Below, piece after piece: positions 37,625 to 51,325 of a DNA stretch of 64,000 nt. Made by a program: the position numbers and the translations under genes. How positions within the stretch are numbered: position 1 is the stretch's first letter; each line of letters opens with the position of its first letter. This DNA is from Stegostoma tigrinum (Eukaryota). Where the stretch lies: the NCBI RefSeq assembly GCF_030684315.1, contig NC_081383.1:44655912-44719911 (forward strand). The letters are read 5' to 3'. The notes under the pieces are model-generated. The model was given only the letters and a program-made list of their open reading frames with translations, was not told the DNA's origin and searched no databases.

Positions 37625-37952
37625 AGTAGCGAGTTTTGAGAAGATTTGTAGCTCAGGTTGAGGTTCTGGATGTGAGTTTGCTCACTGAGCTGGAGGTTCG
37701 TTTTCAGACGTTTCGTCACCATACTAGGTAACATTATCAGTGAGCCTCCGACGAAGCCAACTCCGACGATTTCCTGCATTGGTGATGTCATTTCCTGTTC
37801 TTTTTCTCAAAGGATGGTAGATTGGCACCAAATCAATGTGTTTGTTGATGGAGTTCCGGTTGGAATGCCATGATTCTAGGAATTCTCGTGCGTGTCTCTG
37901 TTTGGCTTGTCCTAGGATGGATGTGTTGTCCCAAAGTCGTCCTTACATACAG
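37625..37952 (-). mobile_element. PLE family A 3' end (internally deleted)
   Basis: Reverse complement of about 5775-6103, including the hammerhead-like motif. Confidence 0.85.
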
Positions 37953-40900
37953 ACGAGACCACTGAATTGAACCTGAACTGTCCAACAGATTGCTTATCAG
38001 AGAATTCTTCATTCTTCTGTAAAATGCAAACACTAAGGAGGGATCGAGTCCATGTGCTAACACTTTCACATTATCCAACAAGCAGGCTGTAAACGTGGTA
38101 GGCATTTTCATCTGATAGTGGATTTGTTATTTCCTCTCAGGTGATACAGATCAATAGGAATTTCTCCTGAAAGATGTTGTGCCCAGTTATAAAAATAACA
38201 TACATTTATCAACTGCAAAAGCTACAGGATTTCAAAGCAGGTCATACATAAATTGTAATCAGGGATTTAAGTCTCTGTTGGATCTGATGGCTTCGACTAT
38301 CCTGATGCAGGATATCAAGCCGTGGATCTTTCCTATAGGATCCACAATTCTACTGAGTAATTACACCAACAACAATCAGTTGAACTAATCCATAACTTGG
38401 TATGAGCAAGGGTCACTGGACCTGAAACATTAACTCTGATTTCTCTCCACAGATGCTACCAGAACTGCTAAGCTTTCCCAGCATTTTTTTAAATTTCTGA
38501 TTTCCAGTATGCGCTGTTCTTTCAATTTTCATCATTAAGAATGTTTTGTTAAACACAGGCTGACACCATGAAGGAGCCAGAAGTAACTTATCATTATGTT
38601 AACAGTAACTTGGGATAGAATAACAGAAATCTGCCCTTAGTTCTGGGAAGTGAAGGTCTTGTGTCTTTTTAAAAAAGAAGCATCATTATATCCATGCCAG
38701 AAATTAAATGGAAACAAATAAAATATTCTCTTTACACTGTGCTATTAAACACTTCCAGATCAGGTATAAGCCCTCCTCACTCCAACATGCCTGGCCTTCA
38801 GAGTTTGAAAACGTTCCTTTTCGCTTCCTAGTCGGTCCACCTAGTAGTTGTATAAAGTGGGCATGATTAAGAACTGATTCACCCCCACTTGAAATAGTGT
38901 TAATACTAAAGTCATGTTATTTATAGCTTTTACAGACAGTAGTAGTAAACTTGTGCAAGTCCTGTAAATTCCCTAGAAAGAGGCTGTACATCTGGTTCAG
39001 GCAAGGCTTGAAGATCGCAGTTCAAAAGTACTGAAGAGCTGATGATTCCCGGTCAGACATAGGGCCAGACCCAATTGTTGCAATCTCTCCGCCATACAAT
39101 GAATAGGGGAGATAGAGATTGTGTGATTTTCAATTCAACACCTGAGTGTTCACATTCATCATCGTGAATGTGAGTTCCTTTTTATTGAAGATTGTCGTGC
39201 CTCTAAAGCCTTCAGTTTATCACATTATAAAGTGAAACCGCAGTGTCTACAATACTGATGCATGACCTGTGCATAATAGGTCTTAGACTCTGCACTTAAA
39301 AGGCCTAGCTCCTGTTTAAACATACATCTGCAAACTTAGTGCACTGAGCAGCATCAGGCCCACATTCAACAAGAGTGACAATCAAAAAAATGCTCCAATA
39401 TTTCCCCAGCTGTGGAGAGGGCATGCAGTATGCATTTGATCTTCCAAAGAACACAGGCCTTTATCAGGCATCACAAGCCCTATCTCCTCTGATTGTCATT
39501 GAACAAATAGCTCCGTAAACCAGCACTCCATCCTGACACTGCCATTGTCCCTCACCTGTTAGCCTTCTTTCCCTGTTGCCTTTGCTGACTTACCACCGGA
39601 CAGCTGATGATGTCGCAGTGGGGTGTGGTAGTTCCCTTCTCCAACCAGCTGCCTGTGGTTGTCTGTTAAGTATAGGCAGCTCACCAGCTCAATAAGTATG
39701 AAGCCTGAGGACCTGGGCAAAATGCCTAAACAGAAACAGGGATCATTTGGGGAATGGGCTCAAAACTCTAAGGTGATGACAATATCATAAGACAAAAGTT
39801 TTATTACAGCAGGCTGGCTGAAATCAGGTAACAGGAAGTCATTTACTAAACTAGCAGTGGAATGAAATCTGAATTTCAGTTCAACAAACACAGTCTATTC
39901 ACATCGTATTCTGGCCCTCACTGACCTGATCCCAGGTCTTCAGCAAAGGTACACTTTTAGCTTCCTGGAGGTATCATAAAATCACAAGGCAGTTTGCCAA
40001 AGTGCAAAGGATGAGGGAACAAACTGTCAGCGAATCACTTCCCCAGATCATTACTGTAAAGCTTTTCCAACAAGCCAGGCTTGTTTAGTTCCAGTTTCTT
40101 TACTCATTCAGTGTTTGGAGTCTCTACTTGGAACAGCGAATGCTTTATGTTTACACCAACCCAATTATTTACTAGAATCAGCCTGATCTCCTTCTGTGAC
40201 CCTACCAGAAAAAGTATTTGTTCAGCATATTTCTTGGAAGCTGCTTTTTAAACTAACTTCACGGGTAATCATCTTCACTTCTTTGACTCTTGACGAAATC
40301 CCAACACTTATTTCAAAATCTTACTCCTCCACCCCCTACTTGTTTCTCTCCACAAGGACTGAGTCAGTCTGGGATGTTCTCAAGGCCAAAACATCCAAGT
40401 GTAAGTTGAAGGGAAGCAATGGGCTCATTACTATCCTGAACAATTAACTAAGCAGTGAGCCATAGCACAATGTTACATATGTACAGCTCAAGAGGATCAT
40501 GAAAGTTATTCACTAAAATCATAAAAGACTGACATCCCAATTATTAATACAAAACCAGTGCTAAGAGGCCTGGAAAACATTATTATTGCAGCTGGTCACT
40601 GAAAATGAGCAAAGGTCATTTTGAGTTTTCTTCAGTTAATCAGCTTGTGAAATCCAACACCAATCTGTAGTAAGTGAATTTCTACACAGAATTCTGATGA
40701 AAAGACATGCACCTCTGGCAGTTGACCCTGCTGCTTTCTCCCCAGATACTGCTGAAGTAGCTGAATATCCCCTAGCTCTTTGGATTGTGATAAAAGGTGC
40801 CCAGTTCATGTGTGAAGATGCGCTCTGCATCAGGAGAACTGGAAGTTTCTCAGCTGAATTTGGAAGATTCCAAGTATAATGATGATTCAAGTATGGGCTA

Positions 40901-41189
40901 CAATTCAAGGAGAATATTTTTTACTTTTCCTGCCTCCTCATTTAACTATAATACCACATCACTGGTACAATTCAGGTAAAGTTCTTCTGCGTCATTTTGT
41001 AAGTCCTGATATCCAACTTAAAAAAATTGAAAGCATGCTTCAACTGAGGCCTAAACAGTCATTTGTAAAGGTTGGGTATAACAACTGTTTAAAGTGTAAT
41101 TAAATAATTCAGGCCAAAAGCAAACTTCACGTAAATCTAGATGATGAGATGATACACAACTTGCATTTATACAGGACAGGCAGCAATAA

Positions 41190-41620
41190 TGGTGACGGCG
41201 GTTCAGTGGCTAGTACTGCTGCCTCACAGCGCCAGTGATCCAGGTTCGATTCCAGCCTTGGGCGACTGTCTGTGTGGAGTTAGCACATTCTCTGTTTCTG
41301 CGTGGGTTTCCTTTAGTAATGGGCAGCATGGTGACTCAGTGGTTAGCACTGCTGCCACACAACACCAGGGACTAGTGTTCCATTCAAGCCTTGGACGACT
41401 GTCTGTGTGGAGTTTGTACATTCTCCCTGTGTCTGTGAGAGTTTCCTCCCAGTCTAAAAAAAGTGAAGGTTGGGCGGACTGGCTGTGCTAAATGGCCCTG
41501 TAGTGTCTAGGGTGGGAAATGCAGGGATAGGGCAGAGGGTGAGCCTGGGTGGGATCCTCTTTGGGGGTTCGTCTGGGCTCGATGGGCCAAATGGCCTGCT
41601 TCCACACTGTAGGGATTCTA
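41190..41620 (+). mobile_element. HE1-type SINE with two tandem tRNA-derived heads
   Basis: Head at 41190-41312 repeated from about 41321, followed by the full body and tail. Confidence 0.85.
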
Positions 41621-43791
41621 TATTGTAGAAGACAGCTGCAGTGGTGATGGAAAGTTTCAGCAGAGGTCATGGGCAACACAAGCAGAGTGCATAGAGTACA
41701 AGATGGGAATTAATCAAGTTTAAACATATGGATGACTTGTTCAGTAGCTGATGAACTGGGGTAGACACGCAGGTTATTTCAGCTAAAAACTGGATTCTTC
41801 TAGAAAGATAATGAATTTGACAGTCACCATACTTTTTATAAATCAAAATTGCAGCCCAAAGCTTTAAATTGGTTGAGGTTACATGAATTGACTGAGGGAC
41901 TAATGCAGGTCATTGCAGGAAATGGTTGGTTCAGTCTGGATGCAAGTAAACAGAGCAATTCTTCAGCATCAGGAGATTATGTGACGTATATTTTTATGCC
42001 GTGGACTTGGTCATAAAAGACAAAGTTTTCATATGTTAGTAATGAAATCACATGAAAATGTGTTAATACTGAGGATAGTAACAGACTTTAGTCTGTTTCA
42101 CTAGTGACAGTCCTAATGTAAATGAAACAATGCGCAGAATTGTGATTTGATACAGTTTGGATGGAAGAATGAGGAGAAGCAATAAAAATTATACCATGTA
42201 GCTGAAGTGGCGTAGGTCAGAAAAACCTAGGAGGTTTACACATGCAAATCCCTGCAGGTGCCAGGACAAGATTATTCAAGAAAGCATTGCGGATATTAGA
42301 AAAGCATTCAGTATCCAGTGTACAACATTCAGCAGCAGAGTTTAAAAAGTTATACTCAACCTTTATAAACAACTATTTTAGGCCTCAGTTGAAGCAACAC
42401 ATTCAAGTTTTTAAATGGATGTCAGGATTTTGGAAAAGACACAGAATAACTTTATTTGAATTGTACCAGTGATGTGGAATTAGTTACATGAGGAGACACA
42501 AAAAACAAGAAATGTTCTCCTTAAATCACAGAAGGGAACCAGAAAATGCAATAGATGCTCAAAGTGATTAAAGGATTTGATAATGTAAATAAGGGTGGTA
42601 AACAGAGATATTAAAATAATTAACAGAATAGTAGAGGGGTGGCTTCTTTCTTTACAAGATACATCATCTGCAATGTATTGCGTAAATGTGCAGTAAAATA
42701 ATTTTCAATGGGGATTTGCATATATACTTAAAACTTGCAGTACAGTGGGAATCAGCAGAATCGGACAAATAGCTCCTCAAAAACTCAGGAGTATGATGCA
42801 CCGAATGTACTGTAAAATTGTATGATTGGGCAGAGGGAACTTTCATTCTAAGTGAAGGCTAGACCAACGTGGTAAAACAAACGTTTCTAGATCTTGTAAA
42901 TGCAACTGTTAAAAACAAATGATTTGGTCATGGATGACCTTGCCAGTGACAAATCCTCCCTGCCCTAAGTGCAGCAAGGAATCCCAGGAGTATAACAGGG
43001 GGAAATGGAAACTTACACAAGGAAAAAAATTACACAGTGTCCAGCTTTCTTTCAGTTTGTAGTTTTTCTCACTATATGGATATATAATTTCAGGATTTAA
43101 AACAGAAGGGTTATAGGAGAAAGCAGCGTGATGAAGCATGCATGTACATTCAAAAGTGGCAGGGAGGTCGCTGGTCTCTGCAATTACTGAGTAAAGTAAG
43201 AAGTCACTGAGTGAGCACATGCATGTTCATCAACTTCTTCACAATGTTGTGATTAAAATGTACTCTCTGCATATTCAATCCAAGTAAGTTTGGAAACTTT
43301 ATGCTTCTTGCTTCTGGGAAAAATAACTTGAACTTTTGAAATTTAGTTTAAGAGATATTTTTTAGAACACAGATGAGTTGTGATGCTAAAATACAATATG
43401 GAATACTTCTCCACTCTTCCAGTTAGGAAAAGAAAGTAGAATTGGGTTAACATTGTCCTTCACCTGAAGTCAGATAGAATGAAAAAAAGGACCCTATGGA
43501 AAAGGCATGGATTTTCAACCACAGCACATGCAATCAGACTATTCAATGTTAATTCCAAAATCCAGAATGTACATAAAAACAAGGAACTTCCACAACCCAT
43601 TCCTTACTTACCTACATGTTTATTTAGGACATGTTTATTCTCTCCAATCAATATGTTCATGTGATTCCGCATTATGTGCTGGTACACTGCTAATGGAAAA
43701 TTAAAGACTACACACAGATTCCCAGCTAATGGATTTTGAAAGGTTTATGATCTTGTCTGGTATATGAAAAAGCCATAGGGGAATTCAAGTA

Positions 43792-44010
43792 CCGTCAGTT
43801 CTGCTATAACGCATCTTTCTTCAACACCAATTCGGTTTTACACAATTCAAGAATCTAATTTGCTACTTCTGGAACACAAACTTTCTTTACCTGTATTGGC
43901 TAGAACGTGATTCCGGCCCTATTAGTTTAAACAGCACAGCTATTGCAAGATTTTTTTACAAGAAGAGATGTTACGAGAACAGAACTATTGTGTTATATCA
44001 AAACCGACTG
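43792..44010. mobile_element. Tigger/pogo-like MITE
   Basis: TIRs ccgtcagttctgctataacgca / tgtgttatatcaaaaccgactg (17/22 match), preceded by TA. Confidence 0.7.
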
Positions 44011-44071
44011 GAGTAACAAGTAAGTTAGATGATTTCAAACAAGTGTCATAGAAAAAGACAAAAAGACAAGA

Positions 44072-44077
44072 TTTATT
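44072..44077 (-). promoter_or_regulatory. Polyadenylation signal (AATAAA) of the SAFB-like gene
   Basis: tttatt on + strand, about 155 nt 3' of the stop codon; followed on the minus strand by a U/GU-rich tract (tcttgtctttttgtcttttt). Confidence 0.65.
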
Positions 44078-44232
44078 GATTCTTTGTCAAAACAAGCACA
44101 TTTAAGAAAATTAATTACAAAATGAGAACTGGTCACATTGAAACATTCAGTTTAAATACTTCAAAGCAAACAGAAAGGTGACTACAGAATCTGGAAAAAA
44201 AAATTTCCTTCATATGAAGATATTGAAACATT

Positions 44233-44362
44233 TTAGTAGGGACGCTGGTAACCTCCAGAAGTGTTTCCTCCTGACATGTTTAGTCCTGACATCATCTGAC
44301 TTGAGCGGTTATCAAATGCCATGGAGCCTTGCTGGTAACCTCCTTGCATGTAGCTTCCTTGA
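44233..44362 (-). CDS. SAFB: SAFB/SLTM-family gene, terminal coding exon including stop codon
   Basis: ttttcacag|T CAA GGA...CCC TAC TAA; 130 nt, phase 2 start. QGSYMQGGYQQGSMAFDNRSSQMMSGLNMSGGNTSGGYQRPY*. Followed by AATAAA about 155 nt downstream. Confidence 0.88.
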
Positions 44363-45609
44363 CTGTGAAAACCAAGGATTAAAACAGGTTATTTATAAAA
44401 CCTAAAAGACAAAACAATTTCCACTGTAATCCAAGGATGTTTATAATTAAGTAGCAAGAGTGGAGGTTTAACATGCTTAGAGACCAAGGCCATGCCTTCC
44501 GAAAACTAAAGAGACAGAAAAAAGACTTTACTGAACACAGAGCTGTATGAATTCAGTACAAATCACTTGTTCCCATTTCCGTACTAAAGTGAACGCCACA
44601 ATAGATCCATCTACTGTCAAATCCATTCCCTGCACTGTGTGGAATAATTCATGCGCAGGTTTAACTTCCTGTTAAATTTTGTGGTAATTCAGCTTCAAAT
44701 AAGACATGCCTAGTCTAATAGCCTTTTGTAAATTCCGTGCTGCACTCAATCTTTTAGTTTGAGTCTGAGTCTTACACCTTCTTGCTATAGTTTGAAAGCA
44801 ATGGAATTCATCTTTTTCTGTTTCCTTTCCCAAATTCAAACACTGAACAGTTATTTGTTTCCCTCAACTTTTCTGGCAACACATCCCTAGTTTTACTCCA
44901 GTTCCTTACGATAACATTTAACCCCATACCACACTTCTGGGAATCCAGAATTTCCTTCACTCTGGGATATATGGAGCTATAACAGGTAAAGCTACCTCCA
45001 AGCAGATCACCATGACCCACAGTCCTTGTGTGGGGTGGGAGTGCTTCTGACTAACTCCGTAAAGAGGTTCCGAGTCTGCAGCTTTGGGATGATGATGTAA
45101 CTGGATACGAAAGAAGAACCCTTCAAGCAGGAAGGCTCCATATGGCCAGCGCATTTGATTCTCGTGACAAGAAAATGCTGCAATGCAATCTTTGTATGGG
45201 AAAGGATGGAGGTTCCACTGAACTAGACAACGAGAGCTAAATGTGGTACTAATACTGACTTGAAGTTCTTGGAAGAAAGGGATGGAACGGGAATTAACAG
45301 GAGATGGCTGTAAAGATTAGTGTTGCTGCCAAAGCAACCTTTAATAGATTTGTCACGTACTGCCATCCAGTGGCTTGTTGTGGTATTGTATACTTACAGA
45401 TACAGAGGGGAGAGAAGATACCAAATAGTATCGCACCATGTGAGTATCAGTGACAGCACCAGTTACAAGTGTAATTGGTACTGGGCATCACTGTTGATGG
45501 TTGAGAATAAGAGACTGGGTCCTTCTGAAAGCTTTCTGAAATGTAACTTTGAGAGCTATAGTTTTTACAGCAAGTATAACGGGATGATTTATTTATCTAT
45601 TCCTTTATA

Positions 45610-45942
45610 AAGAGGAGGGGTGGGCTGTGGAAAGGTAGGTGGGACGGTAATAGGTGGATGCAGGTAGGGAGTGGTGGGGATTGGTCAGTTGGATAGGTGG
45701 GGCAGATAGGTGGGAGAGACGATGGACAGGTTGTGTCGGGTCAATGAGACGGGGGTGAGATCATCACCCCACCCCTCCTCTCTATTTATTTCCCAGCTCC
45801 CACCCCCTTCCCAGTTCTGAAGAAGGGTCCCAACCTGAAACGTCAACTTTCCTACTCCTTTGATGCTGCCTGACCTGCTGTGTTCCTCCAGCTCCACACT
45901 GTAATGTCTCTGACTCCAGCATCTGCAGTTCTTACTATCTCC
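45610..45942. mobile_element. PLE 3' fragment with inverted segment and pLTR
   Basis: G-rich minus piece 45610-45760 joined to a plus pLTR with ctgaagaagggtcccaacctgaaacgtc. Confidence 0.78.
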
Positions 45943-45944
45943 AA

Positions 45945-47335
45945 GATATTAGCCCATGGTGTCAGAGGCAAGATACTAGAATGGATAAAGGATGGGATGA
46001 CAAGCAGGGATAGAGAATCAGGATAAAGTCTTTTTCAGAATGGCAGCTGGTGAGTAGTCGAGTGCCACAGAGGTTGATAAGAACCAAAAGAACTGCAGAT
46101 GCTGTAAATCAGGAACATAAACAGAAGTTGGTCGAAAAGCTCAGCAGGTCTGGTAGCATCTGTGAAGGGAAAAAACAGAGTTAACGTTTCAGGTCCGGTG
46201 TCCCTTCCTCAGAGCTGTTCTGAGGAAGGGTCACCGGACCCGAAATGTAAACTGTTTTTTTTCCCTTCATAGATGCTGCCAGAGAGCTGTTGTGCTTTTC
46301 CAACAGAGATTCATGTTGGGACCACAGCTATTCACGTCATACATGATCGATTTGGCAAAGGAACCAAAAGATTTGTTGTTAAGTTTACAGATAACACAAA
46401 AAAAGGTGGATGGTCAGGTAGTGTTGAGGAAGTGAGCAGGCGGGAGAAGGACTTGGACAAGCTAGGAGAGTGACCAAAGAAGTGGCAAATGGAATACAAC
46501 ATGGGCAAGTGTTAGGTGGGAATAACAGAGACATAGACTACTTTCTAAATAGGGAAAAGTTTCAGAAATGTGAAGCAAAAAAGGACTTGTAAGTCCTAGT
46601 TCAAGATTCTCTTAAGGTTAACATGGGAGGCTCCGTTGGCAGTTAGGAAGGTAAATGCAATGTTAGCATTGATTACAAGAGGGCTAAAACACAACAGCAC
46701 AATTGTCCTACTGAGGAACAAAAACAGAAGTTGCTGAAAAAGTTCAATAGATTTGGCAGCATCTGTGAAGAAAAAAAATCAGTGTTAACGTTTCGGGTCT
46801 AGTGACCATCCCTCAAAACTCAGTATATCTCACTGAGGTTGCACAAGGCCCTAGTCAGACTGCATTTGGAACACTGTGAGCATTTTTGGACCTGTATCTA
46901 AGAAATTATGTGCTGGTGTTGGAGAGAAGCAGAGGAGGTTTTAGAAGGAATTTGGATGGGGGCGAATTCTGATTGAAACTTACAGAATACCAATAGGCCC
47001 GAATAAGAGTAGACGTGGAGATGATGTTTTCTCTAGTAGGGGAGACTAGGGCCTAAGGTGCACAGTCTCAGAGCAAAGGAACAACCCTTGAGAACTGAGA
47101 TGAGAAGGAATGTCTTCAGCCAGAGGGTGGTTAATTTATGGAACTCATTGCCGCAGAGGGCTGTGGAAGCCAAGTCATGAAGTATACTTCAGACAAAAAG
47201 ATAGATGGGTTTTTGATTGGCAAAGGGATCAAGAGTTATATGGAGAAAACAGGAGAATGGGGTTGAGAAATATATCAGCTGTAATCAAATGGTGGAGCAG
47301 AATCAATGGGCTGAATGGCCTAATGCTGCCACCTT
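45945..47335 (+). mobile_element. CR1 RT fragment with nested PLE-derived insertions (46080-46305, 46715-46820)
   Basis: KFTDNTK (from KFADDTK), DLDKLGE motifs and a CR1 3' UTR. Confidence 0.85.
46080..46305. mobile_element. Palindromic PLE-pLTR element (family C) with back-to-back hammerhead-like cores
   Basis: aacgtttcaggtccggtgtcccttcctcaga gctg ttctgaggaagggtcaccggacccgaaatgt near-perfect inverted centre. Confidence 0.85.
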
Positions 47336-49163
47336 CCAGTCTTATCGAGACCGAACCATTTCCACATTCTGTCCACTCTGGGGATAACTGCCGGGGAAAT
47401 TAGATAAATGCAAGGGAAAAAAAAAATGATGTTGATAAGGTGCGATCAAGTAAGTTAAGAAGAGGCTTGCATCAAGTCTAAACATACGAAGTGCAGTAAT
47501 AACCAGGTCTGTTTCTACGTTGTTAAATGCTTTTTATCATTCAGCCCTTTCTTTACCCACACCAGTACTTCATCTTCAGTTGAATGGATTTAATCTTTAC
47601 TCCAAACTTACGTGGCATTCTATCCTGAGCTTTTAAAATTGTTTACATTTGATATTTTTAAGCACCAAATTAGTTAAGGGTGATTTATTCTTCACAGATC
47701 TGTATCGACTACATGCACTGACTTGGTTTATCTCTTTTTTTGGATAAGTGTTACACTTTCCATCCCCTTCAGCACAATTTCTCAGACTTGAGAGAATTTC
47801 TGTGCAATGGACTACCAAGCACTCCTATCAATGCATCTGATCCAAGTTCTAATGATATGTACGAAGCAAGTTCTAATGATATGTATGAATGAAGCAACTA
47901 GGCAGCATATTACAACATTCCAGATTTCAGTATAAGTTATATTGATGAGTAAGATTCCCTTCCAGAAGTGTGTCTCATTATTTTCAGTATCATTCCATAT
48001 TTTACATGGCTGTGGTGCTGTTCAATTATGTTTAGGAACAAGCCAAGAATATCTGAGATTTGGGCACATCAAGGCTCTGCCAGACTGACGACACAAGCTT
48101 TTACCAGTGGTCAGCTGAGCAATACATTTCACAGATATCAATTCTGTTATAGATTTAACTATTATCTGAAGGTACGTCACACAAAATCAGCCCAATGCCC
48201 AGTAATGAAGTCGATGACTTTGGGTGCCAACGTCATGTTCATGGTTTACCTCTACACGCTTCTGTGCTCTTGACCCAGGGGGTGCATTTGCAACAGTGTT
48301 TTTAGCAGTAAGGTAAAAAATGGGGACTGGACATGATGCGGCAATGGATGGCAATGCGGTCCATATTAATGCTGGCTCAAGGAGAGAGAGCAGACTCACT
48401 GTACAGAGTTGACAAGTTCACACAGCAAACCTTCAGCAGAACAGAAAAAATGTCCACAAACAGGTCAGGGAGAAAACAAGACAGGCAGAGTATATTAAAT
48501 GCCCTGGAAACTAAATAAAAATATTATTTTCTTTTGAATTGATTGGTCTGTGCTTTGAAATGTTTATCTTAGGGGAGAAATAAAAAGTTTTGGTACGGTG
48601 GTAGTAAACTGCTTTTGTTCCACCACAGTTAACATGACTCACCATATAACAAAGTCTGCCATCATGTTTTTGAGGGGAGTGTTGGAAAACCGCACACAAT
48701 ATGGTCATTCAGACTTAAAATCCAGCTTATTCTGAAGCATATTACAATTATTTCTGACTGAATTTACAATCCAATATATAGTGAAACTGGAACTTGGTTA
48801 AAAATACATTGAGAGATTGGTTAACATGAACAAACATCAAAATTACAAAATAGCTGTTGCACAGAAAAGCATGCTGAAACTACAATTTCCATTTCAAGTC
48901 ACAGCATCAAAGCTGTCCTATATGAAACACATGCTTACGTAATGGAAAAGAGTTACACTGGCAATCAGAAGAAATGAAATAGTCAACGTGGGAAGGTTTA
49001 AATGCTGGCAGTGCTTATCCACCTAGCCAGATTTTAAAAAAAGGACATTGATAGAAACTTTTTATCAAACCAGACTCCAAAAAGACAGGAGTTGGTGTTT
49101 TTACTAAGGTCTTAGTTGGCTTATATTTTTAGTGTAGCTAGGATGTGAGTTTGGGCTACTTAC

Positions 49164-49239
49164 TTTTGCATTCCTCCTCCACCTCCTCTCTGCATATTGT
49201 AACCTGTCCCAGATGGACCAGACATGCCCCGATCGCCAC
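49164..49239 (-). CDS. SAFB: SAFB/SLTM-family gene, penultimate coding exon
   Basis: ctgttgcag|GTGGC...CAAAA|gtaagt; 76 nt, phase 1->2. (S)GDRGMSGPSGTGYNMQRGGGGGMQ(N) resembles SAFB GGERSMSGHSGPGHMMNRGGM. Its phases bridge the flanking exons exactly. Confidence 0.9.
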
Positions 49240-50029
49240 CTGCAACAGCGATGGGTCAGTGACAGAGTTTTCACACACTCAATTAATCAAGCAAAAAGTA
49301 CTCAATCACTTCAGGGAACATACAAGACAGTATATCACCAATTACATCTAAAGTAAACATAGCCCAACAATTACAAAATTCCAGCCTTTACCAGTATGTT
49401 TCGAGAATTCAATGTCTTCTATCTCAAGTATTACTGTTGCAAACATCTTTTGTACAGATTATTCAATCAGATCTACCACCAGCCTTGCAAATTAAATCCT
49501 CTTAAGGATACACAATTAAACTAATATCTCTGGGTCAGTGCAGCAGAGGAGATTTCAGGTACGGTCTTTATGCTGTAAACGATATATATCGTGGGACACT
49601 GAAGCAACATATACCAACATGCTATGTGGAATCATACATCTGCACGACGACAGTACGCCAGATAGGTAGTCATGTAAATGACTGCTAGTTGCCGAGTTAT
49701 ATAACATGCACAATTATAAGAGTTCACGTTAATCTGAAGTTTAAACTTCCTCTGTAGAGGCAGATATGTAGCTGTGAAGGGATTTAATCACTTTTCTTCA
49801 TTCCAGAGTCTACATCTGCAGGAAAGATTTCAATTGTCCATTTGCTTCAATCCTAGTTTCTTTTCAGATAGATTTCCCAGAATGTTAGTAGTTAATATAT
49901 TGTTGCCATCAACTGTTGACTTAACAAGAAGTCCAAGCTTCAACACTCCAGAGTACCTATAACTTAGTTGTTGGTTGGCAACACAGATTTGCAGTTTGAG
50001 TTGGGATATAATGCAAGACCCTGAGTTGC

Positions 50030-50580
50030 TCCAATTATACAGGGCATTGGTGAGACCACATCTGGAGTACCATATGCAATGCTGATTACCATAGTTATAG
50101 AATTCTGGAAGCAATTCACAGAAGGTGTACTCAACTAAACACCTGGAAGCAGTAGGCTGCCTTATGAAGAAAGGTTAGGCAGGCTAAGCCTGAACTCTTA
50201 GAGTTTAGTTGAGTCAGAGGTGACTTTATATCCTGAAGTGGATGGGGATAGGATGTTTCCTCCTGTAGGAAATCTAGAATGAGGGCTCATAATTTAAAAA
50301 TGCAGGGTCGGCCGTTTAAGATGAGGAAACTCTTTATTCTCCCAAGAGGGTTGAGAGTATTTGGAATTCCCTTCCTCAAAAGGTAGTGGATGCAGTATCC
50401 TTAAATATTTTTCAGGACAGAGGTAGATTGATTCTTGATCACCAAGGGAATGAAATATTATCAGGGATATGCAGGAATGTTGAGTTGAGCTTCAAATCAG
50501 ATCAGCCATAATCCTACTGAATAGCGGAGCAGGCTTGAAGGGCTGAGTGGACTATACTTTTTCCTCACTCTTATGTTTGC
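50030..50580 (+). mobile_element. CR1 3' fragment
   Basis: LYRALVRPHLEY motif and 3' UTR. Confidence 0.82.
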
Positions 50581-51325
50581 ATGTACCCAATGTTAACTTC
50601 CTTGTGATTCAGATATTACTTTTAACATCCTGGTTCTTAACTTAGCCCCTAGCCACTGAATGCCTACATAGAACTTCCTTCCTAGTCTTACATTGTTGGC
50701 ACACATACGATCCACAACAATTAGATCTTCCCTCCCCACTGCTAGTTCCTATGCAGACCAGTGCAAATATCCTGAACTCTGGCACTGTGTAGGCATCAGA
50801 ACTACCCAGATTCGTGCACATTGCTGCCAAAAAAGGGCCTACCTCTCTGACTATTCTGCCTCACACTACCACGGTACTCTGATTAACCTGCCCATATGAA
50901 CAGCATCCAGCACTACAGTACCATGGTCAGTTCATTCATCCTTGCAGCCCCACATTCATTCATAACTTTCTGAATTTATCTACCACTAGCAATGGTCAGG
51001 GCATTCCATCTTATAAGTCTCTGGGTTTGAAATGGTTCCCAAAGTCACCCTTCACTACTGTTATAATGATTGCTAAATCTATATGCTACAGAAAACAGCT
51101 TATGACCAGTGGGAATAATGGATTCACACTTAACTCAAATATCCCAATTTTCAGTACACTGAGATCAGTTTCCCTTTTGACCATTAAAGATGGTAACTAT
51201 TGCTGCATACTAATCATGTCTTCAGGAATTATATGTTGTAGAATTTTCCTTACAGATGCAATAAGTATGAAAAGCACTTTTTTTACCAAATTATTCAGAA
51301 ACATCATTTAAGTGTCAAGTTTTAC

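Noticed and set aside
39040-39146. TGATGA...CTGA as a C/D snoRNA, with nearby hairpin 39149-39173
   Set aside because: No convincing terminal stem or guide; not in a supported intron; such motifs occur by chance.
40636-40979. Unique region with short ORFs as a possible MINDY remnant between the two genes
   Set aside because: No recognisable MINDY motif (such as NGPCPL or LYHGW) in the frames read.
44957-45154. Minus ORF or exon candidate in the last SAFB-like intron
   Set aside because: Weak donor (gtagct), no similarity, and not needed for phase continuity.
47842-47890. 25-bp tandem duplication (caagttctaatgatatgta.gaa x2)
   Set aside because: Ordinary local slippage in an intron.
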